DNA of 58,922 nucleotides, counting the filler, from Sphacelaria rigidula (Eukaryota): assembly GCA_964200075.2 (NCBI GenBank). It is 10 parts of 10 records of this genome, joined end to end, with 100 filler letters (N's around TTAATTAATTAA, not from the genome) between each part and the next. Parts side by side here need not be neighbours in the genome. Positions count along the whole stretch, not along the records: positions 11,807 to 17,608 come from CAXNAA020024350.1; positions 17,709 to 23,510 come from CAXNAA020024351.1; positions 23,611 to 29,412 come from CAXNAA020024352.1; 7 more parts are not named here. The stretch is one strand, 5' to 3'. The first letter of the stretch is position 1. Every line of letters begins with the position of its first letter. The notes under the pieces were generated by a model. The model was not told the DNA's origin, searched no databases, and saw only the letters and a program-made list of their open reading frames with translations. Below, piece by piece: positions 12,918-23,684 of this stretch. Made by a program: the position numbers and the translations under genes.

Positions 12918-13363
12918 GTGATTCTGCTGGACAAGGCGAAAGACGAAATTATGGCTCTGCGCTTGAAGCAGGCGGTCAAGGGGACCATCAAGGTTCGTTG
13001 CCATTTTACGTTTTGTGTTTTCGGGGGCTGGTTGGTTGGTTGGCTGTTGCGTCTGGGGTCTTGTACTTTGCACGCCGTCTCACTGGAGAACCCCCCCCTA
13101 TCTCCTCCCCCTTCCCTTTTTCTTTTTTCGGGTTTTGATCTTGATCCCTCGCCTACCCCCACATGGCACGCACTGGTGATGCCTCTGGGTGTTTCCGTCG
13201 CACGCGAACACGTGGCGTTGCTCAGTCTACGGATGAGGCGAAGAGTAAGGACAACTACACCAATGCAAAAGCGGCTTATCTGAAGGCGAAGGAATCGGAG
13301 CTGGTCCTCCCGGAGTGGACGAAGGGGTGGATCAACCCTCCGGATCGAGAACAGTTCCGACAG
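12918..13363 (+). CDS. Two internal exons of an unidentified protein-coding gene (12918-12992 and 13226-13363)
   Basis: Phase-0 CAG/GT-bounded exons of 75 and 138 nt encode VILLDKAKDEIMALRLKQAVKGTIK and STDEAKSKDNYTNAKAAYLKAKESELVLPEWTKGWINPPDREQFRQ, with coding-like composition. Family not recognised. Confidence 0.65.
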
Positions 13364-14156
13364 GTGATGAAGGAGAACTCCTGTAGATAACGTGCGGGTT
13401 CCCGGCTGCCCCCCGGCCCCCCTTTTTTTTCGCTTCACCTTCAACCCCTCACCTTCCTCGAGAGGGGAATCGAATTCATCTCTGCCCCCCGGCACCTGCG
13501 ACAGAAAAATGGAAAAGAGCAGATAGGGTTTGGTTTGTGTGCTGCTCCAGCACACGCTCAAGTGAGTGGGGTCCTGTAGATTCTGCGTCTCCCCCTCCCC
13601 CACGCATACGAGTATGAAATGCAAAACAGAAGGCAGCTTCTTCCCCGGGGTACTCTTGATCCCTTCCCTCCCCTTCCCCGGGACGAGTCCGTGGTCTCTG
13701 AGGATCAACAGATCTCTCCCATGGTAGTGTACCTGCCTGATGGAGACAGTTCGTATTCGAGGGTTGATTGGATCATGACTATCAGCACCCCCCGCACCCC
13801 GTTGACTCGTCGCAATTTTCTGTTTTTGGTTACTTGTGCCGCCATGCTTTCAAAAACGGGAATGATGTTCTGCTGAAAAAGGCCGTATCTATGTGTCGTG
13901 CTTTCGAACCCGCAACCCGTCGCCTCTACTAAAATAACTGACGGTCGGTGTGCAATTTTAATTTAGATCACCGGGGCGCAGGAAGCAATCACAACATGAC
14001 ACAGTATATATCACTCGCGGGTGATGCGTGTTTTGCGCGCGAAAAGTTATCATTCAAGGTTGTGATTAGGGGCGTGGTATCAAACGTATCCCGAGCCAGC
14101 ACTCGAGATATAGATGTGGTGCCGGAAATAGCCAAAAATCGATCACCCGAGGGGGG

Positions 14157-14261
14157 TGTACTCATGATCTTGCATGTCCTATTGTAGTTGTATGGCCATT
14201 GACCTCGCATCCCTACAAGGCCGGGACGGAGCACGCCGGGTTTTCGCCGGACCAGGCTCGT
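14157..14261 (-). mobile_element. Retroposon 3' end, subfamily B, with a roughly 14-bp target-site duplication
   Basis: Flanked by TCACCCGAGGGGGG (14143-14156) and TCACCCGGTGGGGGG (14262-14276). The body matches 19480-19593. Confidence 0.85.
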
Positions 14262-15387
14262 TCACCCGGTGGGGGGGAGGAAGGGGGAGTTTCTGGGGGT
14301 GGTATTCAACGTACAAAGTGATGTACTATTCTTATATGTGGTACTGCTCAGGTACTGTAGATTTAATGATTGCAGAGGTTTTGCTAAGGAAAAATGTGCT
14401 TCGATAGTGTGTAATACTGAAAGGTTTGTTTTATGCGGTTGTCGCTATCATTGTGAATTTTCGCTGCAGAAAACAAAAACGTGATGCGGCTGGGGAGCGC
14501 GCAGAGCAGACGCGTGACAACAGATTATATGGGGTCCCTGGGTTTTTCTACTGCGCGGTCTGTGGCAGGGTGTCGTATGAAGCGTCACATATAAGATGTT
14601 TTACTTTGATTGTTTAGCGTGTATACGATACCACTATTCTCTCGAGGAAAACTGATCTCCTACGGGCGCTGTGTTGACGTGCTCTAGTCGTATACAGTAG
14701 TCCGCATACCCTAGACGGCAGACAACATTGTCAGAGACTGTACTGCGTAGAGAATCGGACATTTTGTCTACTGTAAGAGCCAGTAGAATCAATACTGTAT
14801 GAAACACACATTGTGACGATGTAGATGTGATAATCTGGGTTGGCGTGTGCAGTGTGAAGCACGCATAGGTTGACGGTAGGTAATCCTACACGGAGCGTGA
14901 GTTCCCTCATTAGGGAACCGGGCAGCCAGCAATCTGTTGGTCATGGAGGATGACCTCTCGTGGGTGTTGTGATGGGGATTGGAGTTTCGGAACGTGAGGA
15001 ACGCTCTCTCCTACATGTGTAGGTTCTTTGTTGGGTTGAAAAACGGTGCGAAACAAAGAAAATGAGTGAGCAGAAGCAACGTATGGAAAGGAAATAGTGG
15101 TGGGGCACCGTACCCGCGAACTGCAAAAGTTGTGATGAATCGAGATCAGTTGGCGAAACCCTGGTACTACGTGTCGGTCGGCAATCGAGAACAAGAACAA
15201 GCATAATAACGAGGATGGGGGCGGGAAAGTATCGCATTGATGTTGTGTTGCTTCCTGCAAGGTTTGGCACAGGGAAAAGAAAAAAACAAGATGTGAGTTA
15301 CTTTTCCCTACACGACAGTTGACACTTTTGTGTGTGTGTGTGTATGTTTTTCGTTTTCGACAAAAAAACGGAAGGGTCCATAGGCAC

Positions 15388-15410
15388 AGTTGTTGTTGTT
15401 GTTGTTGTTG
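15388..15410 (+). repeat. (GTT)n microsatellite, possibly a retroposon tail
   Basis: Perfect gtt run after gggtccataggcaca. A (TG)n run lies just upstream at about 15329-15343. Confidence 0.7.
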
Positions 15411-16224
15411 TCTTCAGGCAACGGGCAGATAGGCTAAGGTGTGTTCACCAGAAATCACATCGATTAAATTTGTTTCTGCCCGAAGATTAAATCAGCTCCG
15501 ACCACTCCGTCGTCCTCCCATGGCCTCGTTGCACCGCAAACAAATAACAACTACCAACCCGCTCGCTCAACCAACCAATCGATCACCATGTCGCAGGTTC
15601 TGCCTCGATATCTGGGCTTTATGGCGTTCACCCTGGGGTTCCCCTCGGCTTCGGGGAGTCTTCAGCTAATCGGTGGCGCTAACTGCCTCGGAACCATAAT
15701 CAACAGGTGAACAGTTGCCGAGCCCAATACTGGTTACCCGGAGGTGTTCCGAGTGGTTTGGCGGAAGGGCATGATATGCAAGATGATGTGCGGTGGGCTG
15801 AGGGTTTGCAGCTGTGGTTCGTCGTGGTGTACTGGTAACGTGCTGTATTCCTTGTTGGTCTGACGCTCTAGGGGGTGCCGGCATGAGTGAGAGAGGGAAG
15901 ACAACGAGCGGAAGTAGGTTTGATTTTTATTCCGATAAAAAGGAACTTTCTGGTTGTTCCCATACTCACACTTTCGAGGTAATTTTTTCTTTGTTGTCGA
16001 GTTGCAGTACCCACCCAGAAGTGATGATTGCTTATCGTGAGCCCTGAACGTGGTACTGAATGTGTTGAGTTTCACCAAACACAAGTGTGGTATTCATTGT
16101 GCCCTTCCTTGCGCGGTGTGTCCCCGTGGCGTTGACCGATTGCCACAGGAAATAAACGTCTTTGAACAGAACGATTTCACCGTTGATGCCATGTGACACT
16201 GTTGCACGTTTTCTTTGCATGTTC

Positions 16225-17378
16225 CATACGGTTCTAGAAAATGAAGAGAAAATCAGCGAGGAGCAAGCAGGATTTAGACCAAACCGTAGTTGCGTAGACC
16301 ATGTGTACATGTTGGGTGAGATTCTTCAGGGTAGGAAAGACGCCGGGCTAACAACGTACTGTTTCTCTACGGACGTGCAAAAGGCTTATGAGAGTATGGG
16401 GAAATGGGCTGTGGAAAAAGTTGGGGGAAACTGGGATCAAAAGAAAGATGTGGAGAATGGTGAAGAAGATGGCAGAATGTGCCGAAAGAGATATGATGCT
16501 AGACGAGAAAATATCGAATGTTTCGATGTTTTACGAGGAGTTGATCAAGGATGTACGTCATCATCCCCTCTATTCAAGGTGTTCATTTATGAGTCGATAT
16601 TAGCAGCAGAAGCAGCAAAACAAGGAGTCGCGGTGGGTAAAGATTTAGTATCAGGATTGATGTTCGCGGATGATTTTGTGGGGATTTTAGGAACAGCAGA
16701 AGGATTACAGAAGGAGATAGACAAGGCGCTAGAATGAACTAGGAAATGGAGAGTGACAGCGAACGTCAACAAATGCGCGGTACTCGTCTGTAACTGAGAT
16801 GAGAAAAATCCGGTAGACTTCAAATGGAAGTGGGGAGAGGAGGAATTACCGATCGTAGACCAGTATACATCCCTTGGTGTAGGGATATCAAAAAGCTGTG
16901 CTTGGGATGCACACATGAAGAAAGTAAAATAAAAAGGTAAGCCACAGATAAGCGGAATGGAAGTGATCCTCAGAGACTCGCATCTAGATGCTGGGATTAG
17001 GGGATGCATCCTGACGAACGTGATGGTACCAAAGCTGGGATATGTAGGAGAAGTATGGGAGGGGAACGTGAACGTGAAGAAGGCGAAGAAGATGGAAATA
17101 GTACACATATCAGTAGCTGAGAAAATACTCGGATGGTCGAAAACGGCGAGTAATACAGCATTGAGAGCAGAGTTGGGAATGTACTCACTTGAAGCAAACA
17201 GAGACATGAGGAAGTTGAGATGTCAATATAGCGTGAAGAACATGCAGAGAAAGGTTGCCAGCTATATCTGATGACGCTGTATGGAAGAAGATTACGCAAG
17301 GACGGGTTAGAGTAAAGGTGGGATAAAGGAGTCAAGAAAGTATGGAAGGAGATGAGAGGAAACCAAGACGAAATACTA
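16225..17378 (+). mobile_element. Non-LTR retrotransposon (LINE) reverse transcriptase, decayed and truncated at both ends
   Basis: Motifs EEQAGFRPNRSCVDHV, DVQKAYES, GVDQGCTSSSPLF, LMFADDFV and KCAVLV, followed by YTSLG and LRAELG. Contains frameshifts and stops. Confidence 0.95.
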
Positions 17379-17500
17379 GAGCTCGGAAATGGTCTGTCCA
17401 ACCATTCACCAGTTGAATGGTTACGCGTAGCGCACTCATCAACCAGTTGAGTGGTACATAATAGTTTGGTCATCGAGCGGTGCAGCCGCCAGCCAAAAAG

Positions 17501-17553
<53 letters not shown>

Positions 17554-18812
17554 CCCGCGCCGGGCGGGCCCGGCGCGGCGCCGGCGCCGCGCGCGCGCCC
17601 CCCCGCGCNNNNNNNNNNNNNNNNNNNNNNNNNNNNNNNNNNNNNNNNNNNNTTAATTAATTAANNNNNNNNNNNNNNNNNNNNNNNNNNNNNNNNNNNN
17701 NNNNNNNNAAAACCAAGTAATTTCCAGACGAATCATTATTTGTCCGACCCTTGGAAGTTTCTGAAAACTGGGGAAGGCATCCCTCTGGTTGCTGTGCGTA
17801 CTTGTGTTCAGGAGATCTTGGTGCAACTTCGGCCAAGATTGTTCAGGAAGCAAACAGTTCACCCACGGAACCAGTGAGCGCTCACTGGTTCAATGGGTGA
17901 ACTCTTCGCTTCCTGAACACAAGATATGGGGTTTGAGACTCAGCATGATCAAGTGTGGAAGGAAGAAATTTAAAACGTGGACAGTGAGACTGGCGAGGGG
18001 CAACCCGGAGATCACTGATGTGTCATGCCGGGACAGACCGCGCAGAATATCTTTTGTTCAGGAAGCGAAGAGTTTATACCCATTGAACCAGTGAGCGGAA
18101 CACTACAAATTGGGCGCAGCATCCAACTTTTCGTGTGTGACACCGCTGCTGCTCTTGAATCCAAGTGATACAGGAGACTCCAGTTATGGAGGTCACGAGC
18201 TAGAATCCCGACGGATTCCTCCTACTTGTTCCGTCGGTGAGGTTATATATTATGCAGTACATTTTGTTCATTATTTTCTACATTCAGCGACCGTGCCGTG
18301 CATCACCGGGTTGGTCTGCACATCACACCGATATACTCAAGTCAGGTAGATTTGTGAACTCCGGAAGTTATGGCGTGACACGCAAATGCGAATTTTACTG
18401 CTGGACCAACACGCAGTTCATCGGATTCCCAGAAAAGCAACGCACTTCTTGATGCCGCCCACATCACTCGACCACTTGTTTTGTCGACGGCTTCACACAG
18501 AAAAGGCGGGCGCTAGAACCGTTTTCATATACATGAGACAGTTTTGCTGTGCTGGCCTGGTCAACCCACGTACCCACTGGACGGCACACTTTTGTATGAG
18601 CGATCAATTCATGTGCTTTTATCCAACGAAGGAGCGTCTCACCTGTTCGAGCCTGAATTCTTGCAGTGAACGAAAAAAACATGACTCGTCACACTCACGC
18701 ATCCATCCGAGGGAGCTTGAGAGGGTCTGCCGCGAAACTCGATGAGTCGAAATAAAAAATATGGCTGGAGGGGTACAACAGTACACTCTTCATGGTGCCC
18801 CGTAATTCTCAC

Positions 18813-19906
18813 CTCCCGCTCATGTCGTCGTGGATATGACAGAAGTAGAAGATCTCCGTAACGTCAGGATCAGTTACCGTGAGGCGGACGGTGTAGTTAG
18901 TCTCGAGCCATGTTTCCTCGGGAAAAAAGAATTGGGGCTCGTAGGTGTCCAGATCGGATTCCTCTCCGTTGATAATGTATACGGGTTCGTCGCCTGTTTT
19001 GAGAAGAAATTTTGTCATTGGCGTTGGAGGGTGAATTTTTGCTGACGGCCAGGATGCCTGCAGAACATTCTTTTTCGGGTTTACAGAACCGTCTTCAGTT
19101 GCTTTGTGGCGTTTATGGCGTCGGTTGCAACGACGCTGTATAGATCGCGAATCACAGCGTAAGCTAGGCAACCAGGCTACCTCTTCTTTGCTTGCGTTTT
19201 TTTGCGGTAACCGTGATGGTGATAGATCTGATTACGCGACGTGGATAACAGAACTCCGCGCGAAGGGGACGATCTTACCAGGTAGTGTGTATATGGTGAG
19301 GCACCCCTGGGGCAGTGTGAAACCCGTCGCTGTCTCTGGAAGTGGCGATGCCAGAAAATGTGTCACTTTGGCTGTTATCTACTCAAGATAATAGTACGCT
19401 CCGGGCCGAATATTCTTCGCAGGATGCAACCCACTCTCCATGCGACTCGCCGAACACACCACGGTGCTTCGCGCTTGGTGATTGAGTGCGAGCCTGGTCC
19501 GGCAAAAAACCGGCGTGCTCCGTCCCAGCTTTGTAGGGATACGAGATCAACGGTCCCATGACCACGGCATGCGAAGCCATGAGTACACACCCCGTCCTAC
19601 CTCCACCTCTCCCTCGAGAACGATCACGTTTTTCTAAGCTGTTGTTTGACCACGGTCCTTCCTCCCCGTTCTTGAAAAGTAAGAGAGTAGATGCGGTGAA
19701 TTCATCCGAATACCTTTAAAAAAAACGTGCAAGTTCATCACGATTGACAGAAATCACTCGGTATCGCTCGTTCCGTTCACTCACCGTTTCCAACCGCGGC
19801 TTCAAGCTCGTCCACACCATCATGGGCGCCGTCGGGGTAGTAAGCAAAGCCCAGCGGGTGGAACCAGTTCGACGCATCGAGCTGGTCAAACACGTAAGTC
19901 TCGCCC
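18813..19906 (-). CDS. Partial cupredoxin-like (type-1 copper motif) protein. Exons 19906-19785 and 18993-18813
   Basis: Phase-compatible AG/GT exons give GETYVFDQLDASNWFHPLGFAYYPDGAH...YEPQFFFPEETW...EIFYFCHIHDDMSG. This has an upstream His (HPL) and a C-x2-H-x2-M loop. Confidence 0.8.
19480..19593 (+). mobile_element. Retroposon 3' end, subfamily B, in an intron of the cupredoxin-like gene
   Basis: Reads GAGCCTGGTCCGGCAAAAAACCGGCGTGCTCCGTCCCAGCTTTGTAGGGATACGAGATCAACGGTCCCATGACCACGGCATGCGAAGCCATGAGTACAC, then a C-rich tract. Confidence 0.8.
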
Positions 19907-21221
19907 CTGTGCAAAATTTGAAAGCGACGCAACAACCATTGATTGTGTAACCGACCGATTGATTGACAACGAGGCAGAAGCGAAAAAGAGGGACGAAAAG
20001 AGGGGGAAAGTATTACCTGCATGAGGCGAAACGATGTACCTCGGAATCAGGTGCTACGCGAAGTTATCTGAGTCTGCGTTGGCGAATTTCACGGCGCGGG
20101 TACCCAGAATGGAGTGAGTGCTGCGATCACCAAGGAGTGACTCGCGATACGCACCGTGGGCTTCAACCCTCACCCAAGACATACCGTGAACCACTGAGCA
20201 AGGGTGGCACGTATGAATTCCCAGGCCACCAAGGGTGCGTTTGTACAGCCAAAAGGCGTGCTACACACGCTGGGCGAGAGCTTGGGACTGCAAACGAATC
20301 CTGTAAAGGTTTAGATACGATGATGTACAACAGGTATTTTTGTCGCCAAGTTCGCGCGAACTCCATACTCTGGTTTGAACCCTGACTGATTTCACAGTAG
20401 CCAGTCCTTATCCTGTAGAGAGATGACGTTGGGGGAGCGAGCGGTGCGCATGAAGAGGAGTAGGGTCCATCGCGAGTCGCACAACCCCTTGTACTGACAG
20501 CACTCCATGCCAGACGGACCAACTATTGCAAAGTCGAGCAGCACAGGGCAGTTGCACATCATATTGACCTTGGCCCGCCGAGGTGGGTCATCTTTCAACG
20601 CTATCGAGATGGTTCTCATTTCAAGATATAATCATGCCGATTCAACGGATGACCTACCCTGGGGGTCGTAGCGTTCATTCGTGGAAATAGGGTCTTACCC
20701 CGAAGAGTTGGTGCAGCTCGTGAACCACATGACACTGTTGATCGAGATAACACTGTCTTCTTGCCGGGGCGCTTCCTTCGTATGGCTAGTGGTCCTTAGC
20801 GCTGGGTGAACGCATCATTCTCATGTTGGGGGGGTATTCGCTTACGCCCAATTATGACGATATCGTGTGTTGTGAGTTGGCTATGGGCGCCGAAGTGAAG
20901 AGGAGGTAGCTCTACACACCATTCATGAACCCATAGATTCCTGCGTGCATGAAGAAACGTGTCTATACTGTACAGTAGTAGGGCAGAGCAGTGCCCTGAG
21001 CACGACAAATGCAGGGCTCTGTATTCCTTGTCCTGGTTCAACTGCGAAAAAACGGACAGTCCTTTCCTTTTGTTGCCCGACAATTCTGGACAGCATTCAG
21101 TACACCTCGAAATCTAGTATAAAACCACCACCCACCACTGAACGGATTTGAGGTTGGGTCCTTATCCGCAGTTGAACGAGTATTCATGTTATGAAAACCA
21201 GGGGAAGAGGCGCGGGGGGTA

Positions 21222-21375
21222 CATTATTCATCACCATCATTATCATTTATTATCATATTATTATCATTCATTTGTCATTTAGCATCATTTCTTCTTCTTC
21301 TCATTATTATTATATTATAATCATTATTATTACAATAACAAATATCAATATTGTTATTGTCACCATTACCATTTC
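21222..21375. repeat. Degenerate (ATT/ATC)n microsatellite
   Basis: About 150 nt of imperfect ATT, ATC and TTC triplets. Confidence 0.85.
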
Positions 21376-22317
21376 TCAACAGGGGCGCCCAAAATAAAAA
21401 TTCCCAGAGCCCCCCCCCCCACCCACCTCTCAACACATGCTGATTTCGTTTTTTTCCTCAAACTTTGTCAAACCAGACACATATTTCTCAGGCTTCAAGA
21501 CGTCATTTGCTCAGCAAGACGTTGTAGAGACAATGCGCACGAGCCGTATACGTGTGCTGTTTCTGTGTTTCATGAATATACTTGGTTGGATGAGCAGTGT
21601 TGGCAGTGTTGGAGGTGTGTTGGAGATTCGTCGATGCGATTCATCTGCAAATTGTTGGCAATAGTGGCAACAGGGTTGAAAAGGTCGGAGGGCAAAAGTT
21701 GGAGGGCAAACAAAACGAAGAGTTGAAAAGTGTGATGATTTAGATTAGTACAGAGATGAGTTGGACACTTTTGAGTCCGTTGCAGAGCTCGAGTTGCAGA
21801 ACGAACTCGGCGCAAATTTGCGCGTGCCAATTCGAAAGAACTTGTTGTGAACAAAGCCAAGGCGCACAAGTATGACAAGTACAAGGTCTCGTGTTCTTGA
21901 CTAAAGCACGACGCCGCGCACTTCTGATACAAATGCTTTTTCGACGGTTTCAATCATTTTCTGGACTCGCTCAATCTCGCCGCAGTTTTTGTTGCAAGTT
22001 GGTTCGGGTGTTCGGGTACTGCTGAGCTTCATTCATCTGGCTCACTTCGGCCTCGGTTACGTTGTCCATTGTCTTCCAGGTTTCATGAGATTGCAGATCA
22101 GGCGATGGACCAGGTACTTTATGTTCACCTACACAGCGCAGCCTGCTGTTTATTAGCTATAATGCTACTTCTGCTCGGCTCTGTGCTCTGCAACTGATAA
22201 ATCAAGTGACTCTTGTGCCTGGTCCACACAGTCACTGACTAGGTTCCGGTCTAAAGCCAAGTAACTTGTCATTAAGTGGTTACCGTGTAGGATTTAGTGA
22301 AATACGGCAATATAGCT

Positions 22318-22460
22318 TGTGGAGAAACGTAATGAGCGCCAGAATATTGGAGGTATATTGGTAGTAGGAACGGTGCTCCGTCTCGGAAGGGATGCGTGGT
22401 CAATGGTCGAACGACCGAGGCAAGCAACAAGTGAGTACGCCCCCCCCGCCCCCCACCCCC
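22318..22460 (+). mobile_element. LINE 3' end, subfamily A
   Basis: Reads ...GGAACGGTGCTCCGTCTCGGAAGGGATGCGTGGTCAATGGTCGAACGACCGAGGCAAGCAACAAGTGAGTACG-Cn. The frame ends NGAPSRKGCVVNGRTTEASNK*. Confidence 0.85.
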
Positions 22461-23610
22461 CAGTCGGCTCCAAATGCAAAAATGTGAGTGTGTGTTCGGG
22501 ATTTTTTTTTCCGGACGTCCCTATTCTCCCGGCTTGTTTGTTCCCATCGTATTTTGCAAAAAAATATGAGGAAAAAATACCGCTACGAAAACACGATGAC
22601 AGATGTTGACCCAGCCTTCCGGTTCCAGATATATTTCCGAGGCGGGTGGGGTACCAAAAAAAGTAAAAGTACGGGCAGCGGATTTCAACGGGGTGTATAC
22701 GCCACGCGAGGTACAAAGACCTAGAGACTTCACCATCCCAAGCTTCGTGTGTTGGTGTAAAAAGACGTGAAACATTGACCTCGGCCGATCGCTGCTGGCC
22801 CAGCTCGTACTGCGTGCAACCTGATATCTTCATCCTATACCGCCGTATCTCGTATGCGGCAGTGCAGACAGTAGCACTGTCCAGTACTATCTGTATCACA
22901 CTCCTCCACACCATTTCATCAATTTTCGTGCAGCCGTTGTGTATTATCGTCTGCAGCCCCGAGATCGGAACAGTACGATGTTCCACAACCTCCCGCATCA
23001 CAAAAGACCGACGCGTTGTGAGTTGTGAGTCCAGTTATTTTGTTGATGCGAAGAGACTCGGGAACCATTTCCGGGGATCAAGGGGCGTGGTCGTTGTGGC
23101 GACCGTGAAGGACAAATGAGCGGGAAAAGAGCCGAATGCGTGGGCGCCATGGTTGGAGTTGGCGCGTAGACTCCCTGGTACAATGTAGAGAGCGATGGCC
23201 TAGCAGAGGTACGTTCTCGGTCGATCGGTGGCCCAGGTAAGGTACAGTTGAAAAATAATTCCTAGATTAGGTATACTTCGGCGAGATGTGGCCTTCAAAA
23301 GGTGAGCTGTTTCTGGAGGCGGAATATCCGCTTTCGCATTGCCATATCTCTCGAGTAACATGTTTTTTGTCCGTTTTTTTTCGAGTCCCGGGTGCCAATG
23401 GCCACCCAAAACGATATGCGTGAAAACTCCGGAGCGAAAACGGTCAAAGTGGCTTTCTTGGCTGTTTTCGCGTTTCTGGCCATTTTTCGTACTTTTCTTG
23501 GGAAAAAAACNNNNNNNNNNNNNNNNNNNNNNNNNNNNNNNNNNNNNNNNNNNNTTAATTAATTAANNNNNNNNNNNNNNNNNNNNNNNNNNNNNNNNNN
23601 NNNNNNNNNN

Positions 23611-23684
23611 AGTGTGGGGAAAGCACTGTTTGAGGCTTGAAGCTCATCTCGGAGTTGAACCTCAATTCGCACAATTTGTTGTTG
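23611..23684 (+). repeat. End of a high-copy element finishing in TTGTTGTT (family D)
   Basis: About 70 bp that closely match the starts of two other contigs (41317-41384 and 47219-47286). Confidence 0.9.

Noticed and set aside
17451..17608. Poly-Pro and poly-Gly ORFs and GC-only tails (also 1570-1767, 33612-33760, 35140-35314, 53130-53340)
   Set aside because: They are translations of C/G homopolymers and error-prone sequence following them.
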